Virus record (IMG/VR): IMGVR_UViG_3300042294_002635
DNA length: 64,000 nt
Source of the DNA: an uncultured virus (IMG/VR IMGVR_UViG_3300042294_002635)
Lineage: Duplodnaviria; Heunggongvirae; Uroviricota; Caudoviricetes
Strand: one strand, 5' to 3'
This document shows positions 18,401 to 28,640 of this stretch, one piece after another (the stretch's first letter is position 1; each line of letters opens with the position of its first letter). The notes under the pieces were generated by a model. The model searched no databases, was not told the origin of the DNA, and worked only from the letters and a program-made list of their open reading frames with translations. The translations under genes were made by a program, and so were the position numbers.

Positions 18401-18850
18401 ATGTCACAATCCCTCGACTTACTTATTCAAGAGTTTACAGAGCAACAAGAGAGATTCCAAAAGGTCGCTCAGGAGAGGCTAAAAGAGTACTTTGCTGAGT
18501 TCTGGGAAAAGAACCCTGCGATTAAGGCCTTACATTGGTCTCAGTACGCCCCGTACTTCAACGATGGGGAACCTTGTACGTTTAGTGTGCATGACCCGTA
18601 CTTCACGAACGCCGAAGGAGACGATCTTGACGACTTGTCACGCTGGGGGGAGTACGACGGTGAGAAGGAGGGTGTGTGGTCGGACCTAGACCCTAGATTC
18701 GATGGTGTGGACGTTGAGTCCACACAATCCCTGGCGAAACTACTCACATCAGGTGTTATGGAGCCGATCATGAAGATCATGTTTGGTTCTGACAACGTCA
18801 TAGTTGCGACTCGGGAGGGTTTCAGCGTAGACTACGCTGAACATGACTGA
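18401..18850 (+). CDS. Conserved phage hypothetical protein
   Basis: WSQYAPYFNDGEPCTFSV, C-terminal HD. Confidence 0.7.
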   Translation: MSQSLDLLIQEFTEQQERFQKVAQERLKEYFAEFWEKNPAIKALHWSQYAPYFNDGEPCTFSVHDPYFTNAEGDDLDDLSRWGEYDGEKEGVWSDLDPRFDGVDVESTQSLAKLLTSGVMEPIMKIMFGSDNVIVATREGFSVDYAEHD

Positions 18851-18866
18851 CTTGATGAAGGGGTTG

Positions 18867-18930
18867 AACGGTTAACCCCTACCCTAGGGCGGTTTACCCC
18901 CTTTGCTCTGCTCCACAGAAACGGTATAGT
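18867..18930 (+). promoter_or_regulatory. Conserved early-promoter-like element
   Basis: CGGTTAAC, GGCGGTTT, TTGCTC ... CGG-TATAGT. Confidence 0.75.
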
Positions 18931-18954
18931 TAAAGGGTCAATCCGACAACGAAA

Positions 18955-19485
18955 ATGCTTACCCAAACTGCTCAGCCCCTTGATAAGCAGCACGCTGGAC
19001 AAATTCTCCTTCGTGCTACGCGATTCCTGACTGCACCCACCCTAAGCCCCCGACCCGACGGGTCTGTGAGGGATGTAGCACTCGACACCCGCTGGCTGGG
19101 GCGAGACCTCGTGCGTGAGGTCTTTCGGGGCCGAACTGCTGACGAAACGGATGGAAAGTACGTGGACGTTGTTACGGACAACGGTAAAAGGCTGCGAGTG
19201 TTCACTCGCGTCATTTCACGTAGAGCCAATAACGCACTGGTCGCACTTGCGGGGTCTGCTGAGATAAGCCCTATCAACTTCGCATCTGAAGCAGATAAGC
19301 CAGACTCAGTCTTGCTCGTTGCTGTCAATCCTCAGCGAAACACTGTTGACGTCTTTGACTTCCCCCTTGAAGACCGAGACGGGAAGAAAGTGACCAGGGA
19401 GAACTTAGCCGTGTCCTGGTCTGTGAAAAAACAGAATTACGGTAAGCACCAAGCAAAGCTCACGTACAGCTACAAAGCTAACTGA
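18955..19485 (+). CDS. Hypothetical protein
   Basis: 176 aa ORF between two promoter elements. Confidence 0.7.
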   Translation: MLTQTAQPLDKQHAGQILLRATRFLTAPTLSPRPDGSVRDVALDTRWLGRDLVREVFRGRTADETDGKYVDVVTDNGKRLRVFTRVISRRANNALVALAGSAEISPINFASEADKPDSVLLVAVNPQRNTVDVFDFPLEDRDGKKVTRENLAVSWSVKKQNYGKHQAKLTYSYKAN

Positions 19486-19523
19486 GATCTGCTAGTCTCT
19501 AGCAGCACTTTCACCGGGCAAGC

Positions 19524-19589
19524 GACGGTTAACCGAACCTTTCGAGGACGGTTTCCCCGCTTGCCTTTTCAATCGTAAGACGCTATAGT
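19524..19589 (+). promoter_or_regulatory. Conserved early-promoter-like element
   Basis: Double GACGGTT box, TTGCCT-17-TATAGT. Confidence 0.8.
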
Positions 19590-19595
19590 AGTAGT

Positions 19596-20201
19596 ATGGA
19601 ACTAAAATCAACCCTTTCTGAGTCGTTCTTTCGCCGGTTCTGCCCAGATCCCACGGTGATGTACGATCTTGGAGAGATCTACGCAGAATTTAACGCCCGT
19701 TACTTCAACGGGGACTTACCAGTTCTTCCCTGTAAGACTCGGACAGACGAAAACGGAGAAACTTGGTCGCGATACGACACTCTAAAGTGGGACGGTCGCA
19801 TGGGTCGCAGAATCCTTGGCACATACAAAACGTCTGCACGACGTGGGTTCGGAACCATTCGCCTCTCTCGCGTAATTGCAGGTGACCCTGTAAAAACACG
19901 AAGCGTCCTCCTGCACGAGATGCTTCACAAGTATCTTGATCTTGAGCGCCAAGACGACGGGATTAAAGGCCACGGTGAAAACTTCGTGAAGGAGGCAAAG
20001 AGAATCAACGAACTTTGTGAAAGCACCGGAGTTAAACACCGCATTCACTTCTACGAAGACGAGATTACACAGAGTCAGCCATTCGTCATACCTGAGCTTT
20101 TGGGCGACAAAGTTCATTGTAGCAAAGATCTAGACATTGCTCGAAACATGCAGTCTGTGATGAGGGCCGCGTTCTCACAAAAATTCGAGTACTTTCAGTG
20201 A
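19596..20201 (+). CDS. SprT-like zinc metalloprotease
   Basis: FNARYFNGDLP, IRLS, VLLHEMLH, GHGENF. Confidence 0.8.
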   Translation: MELKSTLSESFFRRFCPDPTVMYDLGEIYAEFNARYFNGDLPVLPCKTRTDENGETWSRYDTLKWDGRMGRRILGTYKTSARRGFGTIRLSRVIAGDPVKTRSVLLHEMLHKYLDLERQDDGIKGHGENFVKEAKRINELCESTGVKHRIHFYEDEITQSQPFVIPELLGDKVHCSKDLDIARNMQSVMRAAFSQKFEYFQ

Positions 20202-20220
20202 GACCTTCGGGTCTCTTTTT
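20200..20220 (+). terminator. Rho-independent terminator
   Basis: GAGACC-TTCG-GGTCTC-TTTTT. Confidence 0.85.
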
Positions 20221-20701
20221 ATTTCAACCAAAACATGTACTATGAGACCTAAACAAGAACAATTGAACGAATGGGGAGAACGTTACTTCTGTGAAGACCA
20301 GTCTAAAACCGAACTTTTTGTGCAAGAGGTGGCAGAGTGGGTAGTCAAGGAAATTGCACAGGAGTTTGACAGGAAAGAACAAGCAGGTGCAAAAGGTTAC
20401 GGGCCGAGTCTTCCCGCTAAGCTAGTACGACAGTTTGGTTCGCCATCTGGCCCAACACTCAAGCAGCTTTCCTTGCTTGCTCTAAACGAACTTGTGCCCC
20501 TCGAGGACAGGGAGAAAAGTTCATACAAGCTGCTGTTAACCGTTATTTCAACCTTGCCCGAGACACCAACCAATACTCTTTAAGAGTGTGTGATTGATGT
20601 TAATTAGTGACACCTTTTACTAGGGTCAACTCTTTTGTTTAGTCGCAAGAAAAAGAGCCAGTTAACATCGTTGGGTAATAATTCCTCCTGATCAACCAAA
20701 G

Positions 20702-22189
20702 ATGACATTTGTGACAGAAAACTTAACGAAGAGTTCTAAAGCTGCTTCGAACGGAAATGAAAAATGCAACGATAACTGTTCTGTGAGTGAAGCCGTTGTC
20801 TGTGATTTACGCTCTCGCCCGGAACCTCGTCGAATTGACCTCGACAAACTATACGAGTGCGACCCGAAAGACTACATTGGCTATTTCGCCGACGAAACCT
20901 CTTACGACAACCTTATTCAAGAAGACTGCGACGTTTATGTGGGCGGAGTGAAAGTTGTTGCCTTTCGTAAGGCACTTTTTCCGAAGCTGCGCGATGGTTC
21001 GAAAGGTAGCCCGGAAACTTGGAAATACTTCCGCTGGGCAGCAAGAGACTTGTACTCAGACCAACGAGGCCTAGTTGCTGGTAGAGAACTAACTACCCAA
21101 CTCGAAATAAGGGTAACCAACGGTATTCTAAACTTCTTCAAGAAGGCGATGGCCGGTCAAGTCACTGACGTGGAAGAGGCACTGAAAATTGCTTCTCTCT
21201 CCCCCGACATGTCAAAGCTCACTGTCCGAGTGAATGATGTTAAAAAGGACTTCCCAGAAATTGAGAAAGCTTTAGAATCTATCGAGAAGGAACTTCGCAA
21301 GAAAACGCTGAGCGAAGAGAGAAAGGTAGAGCTGAAGGAAGCGAAGGGTAGGGAACTTGCGAAGTGGTTCCCGACTTGGCTGTCTGAGACTTGGAGTGCA
21401 TCTACGGATAAGGTTTCTGAGGCGAAACGTGCCGACGACAGGTATGTGGGAAAACAATACCGTTCAAACAAGTGCTATTCCAACGTGATTGGTGCTTTTG
21501 ATAGGGGTGCACGTAACCCTTACGGTCGCCTAACTGCAACTACCGTTCGAGATTACGAAGGGTTCGTCAGTCACACTGATATTTATCAGACCGCGTGCTC
21601 TGCGCTCAAAGAGACCTTAAACACTCCGGAAAACCCTAGGTGGGACCTCCTTCACGAACGGTTCAGTAACGTGAAAGACCCGCACTATAACCTCTTCGGT
21701 ACGGTGTTCACTGCCCTTACGTTAAACTGGAACTTCCGCTGTGCGATGCACTATGATGGAAATAACTGTGAAGGGGGTATCGCCGTTCTTACCGCAATTA
21801 CCCAAGGTGACTATGACGGTCACTACCTTGTGTTCCCTGAAATTCGTTGCGCTTTCGACCTTCGTGATGGGGACTTTATTGCCGGTGACAATCAGGGACT
21901 GATTCACGGTAACACTGCAATGATTCCGAAGACGCCGGACGCTGAACGAGTTTCGTTCGTTTTCTATTCACGAGAGCGCATGACCGCTCTTGACGATATG
22001 GAGTGTGAGGAGTGCCGCCGAGATTTCATGCGATACGCAGCAGACAATCACAAGGAGTATGGAAAGGGTCACAAGACCTGGAATGGTGTTTGGAGCGGAA
22101 TGTGGAAATCACCGGAATGGATGTCGTATAAAGCCAAACACGGCATGGAACGTTGCTCAAACACCAACTACTGGGGCACCGAGAATTAA
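20702..22189 (+). CDS. TET/JBP-family 2OG-Fe(II) dioxygenase, copy 1
   Basis: TVFTALTLNWNFRCAMHYDGNN (HxD), LVFPE, IHGNT, ERVSFVFYSRE, Trp-rich tail WNGVWSGMWKSPEW. Confidence 0.85.
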   Translation: MTFVTENLTKSSKAASNGNEKCNDNCSVSEAVVCDLRSRPEPRRIDLDKLYECDPKDYIGYFADETSYDNLIQEDCDVYVGGVKVVAFRKALFPKLRDGSKGSPETWKYFRWAARDLYSDQRGLVAGRELTTQLEIRVTNGILNFFKKAMAGQVTDVEEALKIASLSPDMSKLTVRVNDVKKDFPEIEKALESIEKELRKKTLSEERKVELKEAKGRELAKWFPTWLSETWSASTDKVSEAKRADDRYVGKQYRSNKCYSNVIGAFDRGARNPYGRLTATTVRDYEGFVSHTDIYQTACSALKETLNTPENPRWDLLHERFSNVKDPHYNLFGTVFTALTLNWNFRCAMHYDGNNCEGGIAVLTAITQGDYDGHYLVFPEIRCAFDLRDGDFIAGDNQGLIHGNTAMIPKTPDAERVSFVFYSRERMTALDDMECEECRRDFMRYAADNHKEYGKGHKTWNGVWSGMWKSPEWMSYKAKHGMERCSNTNYWGTEN

Positions 22190-22241
22190 CCCTGAAGCCG
22201 CCAAAGCGGCAGTTAATGAACGAAACACAGAATTACTAACA

Positions 22242-22706
22242 ATGGACACAAACAAACAGCTTAACGGTGGCTACGCGGAGCGGCAAGTTGCCTCGGGGAT
22301 TAATGACCCCCGTGAATCAACAACCCCCCTTACAGACGAACAAATGTTCGGTCGCACTCGAACAAACTCTGCGGGAATAACCTACTCCCCAAGAGACATT
22401 GCCGAGGAGCGGCAAGTTGCCTCAGGGATTAGTGACCCCCGTGAAGCAACAACCGCCATTACAGTGGAACTCCCTGTAAACTTCGCTGAGGCTTTTCGAG
22501 CACTTGCTGAACAAGAGGAGTTGTCGGAGAGTAACCTTATTGTACGATCGCTCGGGCTCTACTCCGTTGCATCTCAAGCCGAGAGTGAAGGGTACGGACT
22601 AACGTTCACTCGCATCGAAGGAACCAATGACCTGACCGCCAAGGAAGCAATTCGCATCGAAGATGAGCCCGCGTCTAACTTGATTCTTCCTGGAAATAGG
22701 CAATGA
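22242..22706 (+). CDS. Mosaic protein with internal repeat and possible ribbon-helix-helix domain
   Basis: ERQVASGI.DPRE twice; ITVELP...FRALAEQEELSESNLIVRSL. Confidence 0.55.
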   Translation: MDTNKQLNGGYAERQVASGINDPRESTTPLTDEQMFGRTRTNSAGITYSPRDIAEERQVASGISDPREATTAITVELPVNFAEAFRALAEQEELSESNLIVRSLGLYSVASQAESEGYGLTFTRIEGTNDLTAKEAIRIEDEPASNLILPGNRQ

Positions 22707-24190
22707 TCCGAGAGGTAATATCAAAAGAGTTACAGTCAAGGGTCGAACCCTTACAGATTGATAGGGGTGCTCTTGAATACTGCCCTCGCAGTGAATATAT
22801 TGGACAATTCCCTAAGGCGACAGACTATGACCGCGTAATCGATGAAGACTGTGATGTTTACGTCTCAGGTGTAAAAGTCTTGTCCTTCCGGAAAGCTCTT
22901 TTCCCACTTCTTTCCGAGGGTTCTTCCAAACAGAAGGAGACTTGGGACTTTTTCCGAGCAGCTTCAAAAGAAGTTTACGGCACCCAAAGAGGTGTCGTTG
23001 CGGGCACAGAGTTTACAACTCGCCCCGAATCACGCTTAACTAAAGGACAGGTTGCCTTTTTCGCTGGTGCTTCCGTGGGCTTGATCACAACGCTCGCTCA
23101 AGCGCGAGAAGCCCTAGAAAGTTCGGATGAGCTCACCAGCAAGACTCTGAAAATCAAATACGTGAAGAAAGACTACCCCGAACTTGCGGAGAAAATGAAA
23201 CCGTTAGAGGCGGAAATTCGCACACTGAACTCCGAAGACCCGAAACTAGAAAGTCTGAGAAACCAGAGAAGAGAACCGCTTTGGGGTTGGTTCGAATCTT
23301 GGTTACTAGAAGTTTGGCTGCCCTCAGAAAACAAAGTCGAAGAAGTTAAAAAAGTTCTAAACACTTACATAAGTTCCCAGTTGAACTTTAACCACTGCTA
23401 CAGTAACGTCCTTGGGGCAATTGACCGTGGGGCTAGATTCCCCTACGGTCGTTTAAGCGGAACCACTCAGAGATACTATGAGCAGTTCTCAAAATACAAA
23501 GACATTTATTTCACAGCCTGCGAAGGTTTCAGGTACAATTTTCCGGAGACTTGGGTCAAAGTCAAGGAAGTGATTTCGAGGGCTAAAGACCCTAACTACA
23601 ACTTGTTCGGCACTGCCTTTACGAGTGTAACCGTAAATTTCAATTTCAAGACTGCCTACCACGTTGACAAGAACAATTTGAAAGGGAGTATGGCCGTCTT
23701 AACTGCTTTTACAAAAGGTGTTTATGAAGGTCACTACTTAGTGTTTCCCGAAGTGAGATTGGCCTTCAATTTAAGAGACGGGGACTTCATCGTAGGGGAT
23801 ACTCAAACTTTGCTCCATGGTAACAGCCCCATGACAAAACTTACTGAAGATGCTGAGCGGGTTTCTCTGGTTTTCTACTCACGAGAGAACATGACCCGAT
23901 TGGACGATCTTGAGTGCGAAGAATGCCGAAAACAGTTCATGAAGTTTTCACTTCAGTCTCTGAAAGAACGGGGCAAAGATCATAAAGATTGGAGAGGTGG
24001 TTGGCAAGGTATGTGGACTTCTCAAGAATGGCTAGACTTTAGAAAAGAAAGAAACTTGGAACACTGTTCAAACTCTAATTGGCAGCTTTCCTCGCCGTAC
24101 GAGAACGACGTTACGAAAGAGGTGAAGTTGTTCAAGGATGATCCAGGCGAAGGGTGGAAACTCGTACAAGTGTTTACACAAGATCGGTAA
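22703..24190 (+). CDS. TET/JBP-family 2OG-Fe(II) dioxygenase, copy 2
   Basis: [22 protein letters not shown] (HxD), [16 protein letters not shown]; collinear with copy 1. Confidence 0.85.
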   Translation: MIREVISKELQSRVEPLQIDRGALEYCPRSEYIGQFPKATDYDRVIDEDCDVYVSGVKVLSFRKALFPLLSEGSSKQKETWDFFRAASKEVYGTQRGVVAGTEFTTRPESRLTKGQVAFFAGASVGLITTLAQAREALESSDELTSKTLKIKYVKKDYPELAEKMKPLEAEIRTLNSEDPKLESLRNQRREPLWGWFESWLLEVWLPSENKVEEVKKVLNTYISSQLNFNHCYSNVLGAIDRGARFPYGRLSGTTQRYYEQFSKYKDIYFTACEGFRYNFPETWVKVKEVISRAKDPNYNLFGTAFTSVTVNFNFKTAYHVDKNNLKGSMAVLTAFTKGVYEGHYLVFPEVRLAFNLRDGDFIVGDTQTLLHGNSPMTKLTEDAERVSLVFYSRENMTRLDDLECEECRKQFMKFSLQSLKERGKDHKDWRGGWQGMWTSQEWLDFRKERNLEHCSNSNWQLSSPYENDVTKEVKLFKDDPGEGWKLVQVFTQDR

Positions 24191-24246
24191 ACCGCCCTGA
24201 AGCCTTCGGCTTCCCCCTTGTTTCTGCTTCGCATAAATGCTATGAT
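24185..24246 (+). promoter_or_regulatory. Conserved early-promoter-like element (variant)
   Basis: CGGTAAACC, TTGTTT-17-TATGAT. Confidence 0.65.
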
Positions 24247-24252
24247 TGTTTT

Positions 24253-24843
24253 ATGGAAATCTACTTCAGCACAGACGTTGAGACCGACGGACCGATCCCC
24301 GGACCTAACAGCATGCTTTCGCTCGGGTCGGCTGCGTTCTCACCCGATGGGATACTCCTAAGCACCTTCTCGGTGAACCTGGAGACCCTACCCGGAGCCG
24401 AGCCGGACCCCACTACCCAAGCGTGGTGGGAGGCCCACCCAAAGGCTTACAGAGCCTCTCGGGAGCATACCTGGAGCCCGGACCAAGCCATGTTGCTCTT
24501 CTCGGGTTGGGTTGACCAGACCGTGAAAGCTAACAGTAACCAAGGTTCAGGTGGTCGGAAAGCCTTGCCCGTATTCGTGGGTTTTCCTGCAGGGTTTGAC
24601 TTTCTTTTCGTGTATTGGTACCTCATTCGATTCACCGGGAAGTCCCCATTTAGCTTCTCGGCTCTTGACGGTAAGACCTATGCTATGGCCTTGCTCAAAA
24701 GAGGATACCGGGAGTCCACCAAACGGAACTACCCAAAGGAGTGGTTTCCACTCGAAAACAAGCACACTCACATCGCTGTGGATGATGCCATCGAGCAAGG
24801 TCGTATTTTCTGCAATATGCTTCGATCCAATCTTAATGACTGA
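24253..24843 (+). CDS. DEDDh 3'-5' exonuclease (Rv2179c / RNase AS-like)
   Basis: [28 protein letters not shown]. Confidence 0.85.
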   Translation: MEIYFSTDVETDGPIPGPNSMLSLGSAAFSPDGILLSTFSVNLETLPGAEPDPTTQAWWEAHPKAYRASREHTWSPDQAMLLFSGWVDQTVKANSNQGSGGRKALPVFVGFPAGFDFLFVYWYLIRFTGKSPFSFSALDGKTYAMALLKRGYRESTKRNYPKEWFPLENKHTHIAVDDAIEQGRIFCNMLRSNLND

Positions 24844-25024
24844 CGAAGTTAAAGATTACTGCGAAAAACTTAGCTTGTCCCTAAAGTTAAGGGGAGAGGG
24901 AAACGAGGACGCGGAGGAGGCCTTGCTCTACGAGCTTGACCTTCTGTGGCTTAAGTTGTCGAGAGAAGAGACCCAGTGGGTTAATGCCAATATACTGTCG
25001 TTGTTACCTAACTAACTGCCCACC

Positions 25025-25789
25025 GTGATGAAAAATCCTACTTTCCTACTCCAGTCCGGAGGACCACTACAAATCGAAAAGGTTGCGTGTAGTTTCTCCT
25101 GTTACCCTGTTCGATATTGCTCGTTTGATGATCTGTCGAAGTTAGACCCTAAAGGTTTCATGGCTACATTGATTCCTGTGGGTTCGGTGGAATTTGTTCA
25201 AGCTTACAGTGAACACGCAGGTGTTGTGCTACCTGAAGACTTTTCCTATGGGCACGGGGGGGAGCTGGAAAAGTACCTTATGAGGCCGGTTCGACAGGGA
25301 GTGTACGGCGAAGCAACCCCAGAAGACTTTGTGAAGCCAACCGCAATAAAGTTGTTTACCGGTGGAATCAAAGGGGACCTCGAACTGAAGTCACCTGGAC
25401 TAATTTCCGATAACACTTCTGTGTGGATCTCTCAGGCCGTGCCCTTTGAGTCGGAATTTCGGTTCTACATTCACGACTTCATTGGGGGTGGTAAAATTCA
25501 GGGGTGGTCGCGGTACGATGACAAGCCCGTAAGAAACCCCGAACCCGACTTCGGCCTGATTGAAGAGATTATGGGTGTGCTAGAGGCAAATATTGCGCCT
25601 GGTGCTTACACGATTGACATCGGGTGGAGGCCTGACCTGAATCGGTACTGCCTAGTTGAACTTAACGATGCGTGGTCACTGGGATTTTACGAAAATAGTG
25701 ACCCGCAATCGAACCCACCAACTCGACAGCAGTACGCTGACATGCTGGTGTCTCGCTGGAGACAAATTATCTTTTGCAACCTAGTGTAA
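25025..25789 (+). CDS. ATP-grasp protein (R2K / DUF4343-like)
   Basis: PVGSVEFV, FVKP..IKLFTG, SEFRFYI, YTIDIG, LVELNDAWSLGFY. Confidence 0.8.
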   Translation: MMKNPTFLLQSGGPLQIEKVACSFSCYPVRYCSFDDLSKLDPKGFMATLIPVGSVEFVQAYSEHAGVVLPEDFSYGHGGELEKYLMRPVRQGVYGEATPEDFVKPTAIKLFTGGIKGDLELKSPGLISDNTSVWISQAVPFESEFRFYIHDFIGGGKIQGWSRYDDKPVRNPEPDFGLIEEIMGVLEANIAPGAYTIDIGWRPDLNRYCLVELNDAWSLGFYENSDPQSNPPTRQQYADMLVSRWRQIIFCNLV

Positions 25790-25877
25790 CCACTGGATAA
25801 CACAGTCGGAGATAAGAGGACGCGGCAAACGTCTACTCTTGACGCTCCAACAACAGTCACATCAACTGAACTCAAAT

Positions 25878-26705
25878 ATGGACTATCAGATTGCCATCCC
25901 AACTTACGGACGGCCCGAGGGAGTGAAGAAACTCACTCTAAATTACCTTGAAAAAACAGACATTAATTGTTCCCACGTGACTTTGTTCGTGGCAAACGAT
26001 GAAGAGAAGGAAGTTTATCAGAGTTCAAACCCCACCTACAATATCGTTGTTGGTGAAAAGGGTTTGACAAGACAACGTCACTTCATCTCTAACTTTTACG
26101 ACAAAGGGACTCCTATTTTTTCGTTCGACGACGACGTTAGCGCCGTTGAGGAACTTGAGCTTCTGGAGAATCTCGAGGGAACTCAGAAGCCACTCGACCA
26201 CCCGTGTCGCCTGAAAACCGTGGTGGAGCTATCAGAGCTTATTGATCGAGGATTCCGAATGTGCAAGCGGCGCGATATTGGCCTGTTCGGTTTCTATGCC
26301 GTTCGCAACAAGGGTTTTCTTCACCCAAAGGTGACTGTGGGGCTCAAGTTCATTATGGGCCACGCATTTGGTTTCTACGCAGGCGACCCAGCCTTTGAGC
26401 TAATCACTGAGTACAGTATGAAGGACGACTACTTCTTGTCTCTGTACCACACTGTTAACGGAAACGGGACACTGCGATTCGACAACATTTGTGTGAAAGC
26501 TAAACAGCACACAGGGGGTGGCGGAACCTGTGAAGACCTGGAGCGAAAGCTTCAGATCAATAATCAAACCGTAGAGAAACTTTGTGCCGAGTTTCCTGAC
26601 CTCGCGAGTCCAAAGAGCCGTCGAACAAAGGATGAGTGGCTTTCCCGGTACTCTGAAATCCGCCTCAAAACCATAACAAACGAGACAATCTCAGTGTTTA
26701 ACTGA
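25878..26705 (+). CDS. TET-associated / GREB1-like GT-A glycosyltransferase
   Basis: YQIAIPTYGRP, LFVAN..E...Y, GL..QR.FI, FDDD, KDDY, GGG. Confidence 0.8.
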   Translation: MDYQIAIPTYGRPEGVKKLTLNYLEKTDINCSHVTLFVANDEEKEVYQSSNPTYNIVVGEKGLTRQRHFISNFYDKGTPIFSFDDDVSAVEELELLENLEGTQKPLDHPCRLKTVVELSELIDRGFRMCKRRDIGLFGFYAVRNKGFLHPKVTVGLKFIMGHAFGFYAGDPAFELITEYSMKDDYFLSLYHTVNGNGTLRFDNICVKAKQHTGGGGTCEDLERKLQINNQTVEKLCAEFPDLASPKSRRTKDEWLSRYSEIRLKTITNETISVFN

Positions 26706-26711
26706 GCACCA

Positions 26712-26755
26712 AGGCGGTTTTCCGCCCTTTACTGTATGATCCTCCTCCCTATGTT
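26712..26755 (+). promoter_or_regulatory. Conserved promoter-like element (weak copy)
   Basis: GGCGGTTTTCCGCCC-TTTACT ... TATGTT. Confidence 0.5.
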
Positions 26756-26776
26756 TAGAACAGCTTCCGGCTACCA

Positions 26777-27133
26777 ATGATCCCCGACCCGAAGAAAACC
26801 ATCGTTTTCGACGTTGACGACACCATCCTCACAACAGAAAACCGCGATTACGAAAACTCTCTACCGAAGAGGGAAGTAATTGCAGGTATGCGAGCAATGA
26901 AGGATGCAGGGTGGACGATCGTCTTGAATACCGCGAGGGGAATGGGTCGTTCATACGGTGACATCGAAAGAGTGAGACAAGAAGTTATCGAGGAAATCGA
27001 AAAGTTCTGCACTAAATTCGATGTACCCTACGATACCATTTTGGTTGGAAAACCTTGGGCGGCATACTACGTAGACGACAAAGCACTGACCCCCGCTCAA
27101 TTCTCCGCAAAATACAAGGAAATCGCACAATGA
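26777..27133 (+). CDS. HAD phosphatase (capsule-biosynthesis type)
   Basis: FDVDDTI, TARGM, GKP, YVDDKA. Confidence 0.85.
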   Translation: MIPDPKKTIVFDVDDTILTTENRDYENSLPKREVIAGMRAMKDAGWTIVLNTARGMGRSYGDIERVRQEVIEEIEKFCTKFDVPYDTILVGKPWAAYYVDDKALTPAQFSAKYKEIAQ

Positions 27134-27843
27134 AGAACGCACTAATTCTTGCTGCCGGTCGTAGTACTCGGTTTGGCCGAAACAAACTTGAGGAAAAGTT
27201 TGACGGGATGTCACTTCCTTACCTGGCTGCCAAGTTCGCTCTTGAAAACGGTGCGGAAAACATCTATCTGACGCTCTCGCGCTCGGCGATTAAGACCGAC
27301 GGGACACGCATCTACCATCCTGTTCTAGATGAAGTTTCCAAGATTTGCGACCCGATTGTTCGTTTCCAGAGTGAGGAAACTTACGGACCAGGCGCTGCGA
27401 TTACCACGTGGGCAGGCGTGATCAATGGTCCGTTCACTGTTCTGTTTGGGGATAATTACTACCACGGGACGATTCCTTATGACGAACGAGTTTTACTCGG
27501 CTCAGACCTTAAGGACTCAGTAAGGTTTACGTATCTTAACAAGTCACTCAATCCGCGAAATCTTCAGCTCGCAATAGTGATAGACAACTACGTGATTGAA
27601 AAACCACACGGACGTCTCGAAGGCCGTTACTTCTGTGGTTTTGCCCGTTTCCCTGCTGGATACCTTAACACCATTGGTGACCTTCGTAAGAGTGATCGGG
27701 GAGAAGTTGAAATCACGGATATGATAAACATGGCGCAGTGTCGTGAAGCAGTCTCACTTTCTTCCATAGGAGTTACGTGGGGCGACCTAACTTACGAGGC
27801 GGATTGCGCTCGCATTCGGGAGCTTGTTAGTGAAGGGAAGTAG
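27130..27843 (+). CDS. Sugar-phosphate nucleotidyltransferase
   Basis: ALILAAGRSTRFG..K, LFGDN, EKP, SDRGEVEITD. Confidence 0.85.
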   Translation: MKNALILAAGRSTRFGRNKLEEKFDGMSLPYLAAKFALENGAENIYLTLSRSAIKTDGTRIYHPVLDEVSKICDPIVRFQSEETYGPGAAITTWAGVINGPFTVLFGDNYYHGTIPYDERVLLGSDLKDSVRFTYLNKSLNPRNLQLAIVIDNYVIEKPHGRLEGRYFCGFARFPAGYLNTIGDLRKSDRGEVEITDMINMAQCREAVSLSSIGVTWGDLTYEADCARIRELVSEGK

Positions 27844-28576
27844 TGGGGCCACCCTGGATTTCTCTGGGGATTTCATACGGAAAAAGTGTAAGGATGCCGG
27901 TGAGCAGTGCGAGTGGTTTCGCATTGCTTCTCGGTATACCTTGGCGCCGAGCGTTCGCTTCCCGCAAACAATCAGTGTGTCGGACTCAGAGTACGACATT
28001 GAGTTTATTGAAGGTGTTTGTGGGACACAAGTTGAATCTACACGTTTGATCGACACTTTGGTAGACCAGGTCTCCCTTTGGTCTAAGATCCCGGCGTCAA
28101 GACACGCGGACTGGGAATCTTACAAAGAGCGTCTTCGCTCAGAACACGTTTCTCTGGCAGACAGCGAGATAGTTTGTCGAACTTTCGATTTCCTCGACGA
28201 AATAGAACCACTACCTTCCTCCTTCTCTCACGGTGACCTAACTCTTGAAAACATCATTGTAGAAAATAACGGGGGAATAGTTCTGATCGACCCTAATTTC
28301 AAGAAGAATTTGTTTCAGTCTTACGTTCTCGACTTGGGCAAACTGCTTCAGTCTGTCCACAGCGACTACCACCGGTTGTTTAACTCACACCCAGGGGGTG
28401 ACCCTGCGCCTCTGTGTGCCCACTTGAGGCAACGGCTAGGCGAACCCGTATGGACCCAGGCGCTGGCAGCTGAGATATCGCACGTGGTCCGCCTGCGTAA
28501 GTACCGCCCTTCCGCCCAGTGGTTGACGGTTGACCGGCTGTTGGAGAAGCTGCTGGCTGAGGCCCAAGGATGTTAA
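27824..28576 (+). CDS. APH / choline-kinase-like phosphotransferase
   Basis: KGSSGA, HGDLTLENI, LIDPN, DLGKLLQS. Confidence 0.8.
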   Translation: MLVKGSSGATLDFSGDFIRKKCKDAGEQCEWFRIASRYTLAPSVRFPQTISVSDSEYDIEFIEGVCGTQVESTRLIDTLVDQVSLWSKIPASRHADWESYKERLRSEHVSLADSEIVCRTFDFLDEIEPLPSSFSHGDLTLENIIVENNGGIVLIDPNFKKNLFQSYVLDLGKLLQSVHSDYHRLFNSHPGGDPAPLCAHLRQRLGEPVWTQALAAEISHVVRLRKYRPSAQWLTVDRLLEKLLAEAQGC

Positions 28577-28640
28577 CCCTACCTTCGCGGCTAGGTTCGC
28601 CAACTTTCAACACCTTACTCCGCAACGACTAAATTAAGCA

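Noticed and set aside
18194..22454. Duplicated segment as a diversity-generating retroelement TR/VR pair
   Set aside because: Differences are synonymous rather than adenine-specific, and no reverse transcriptase is in the window
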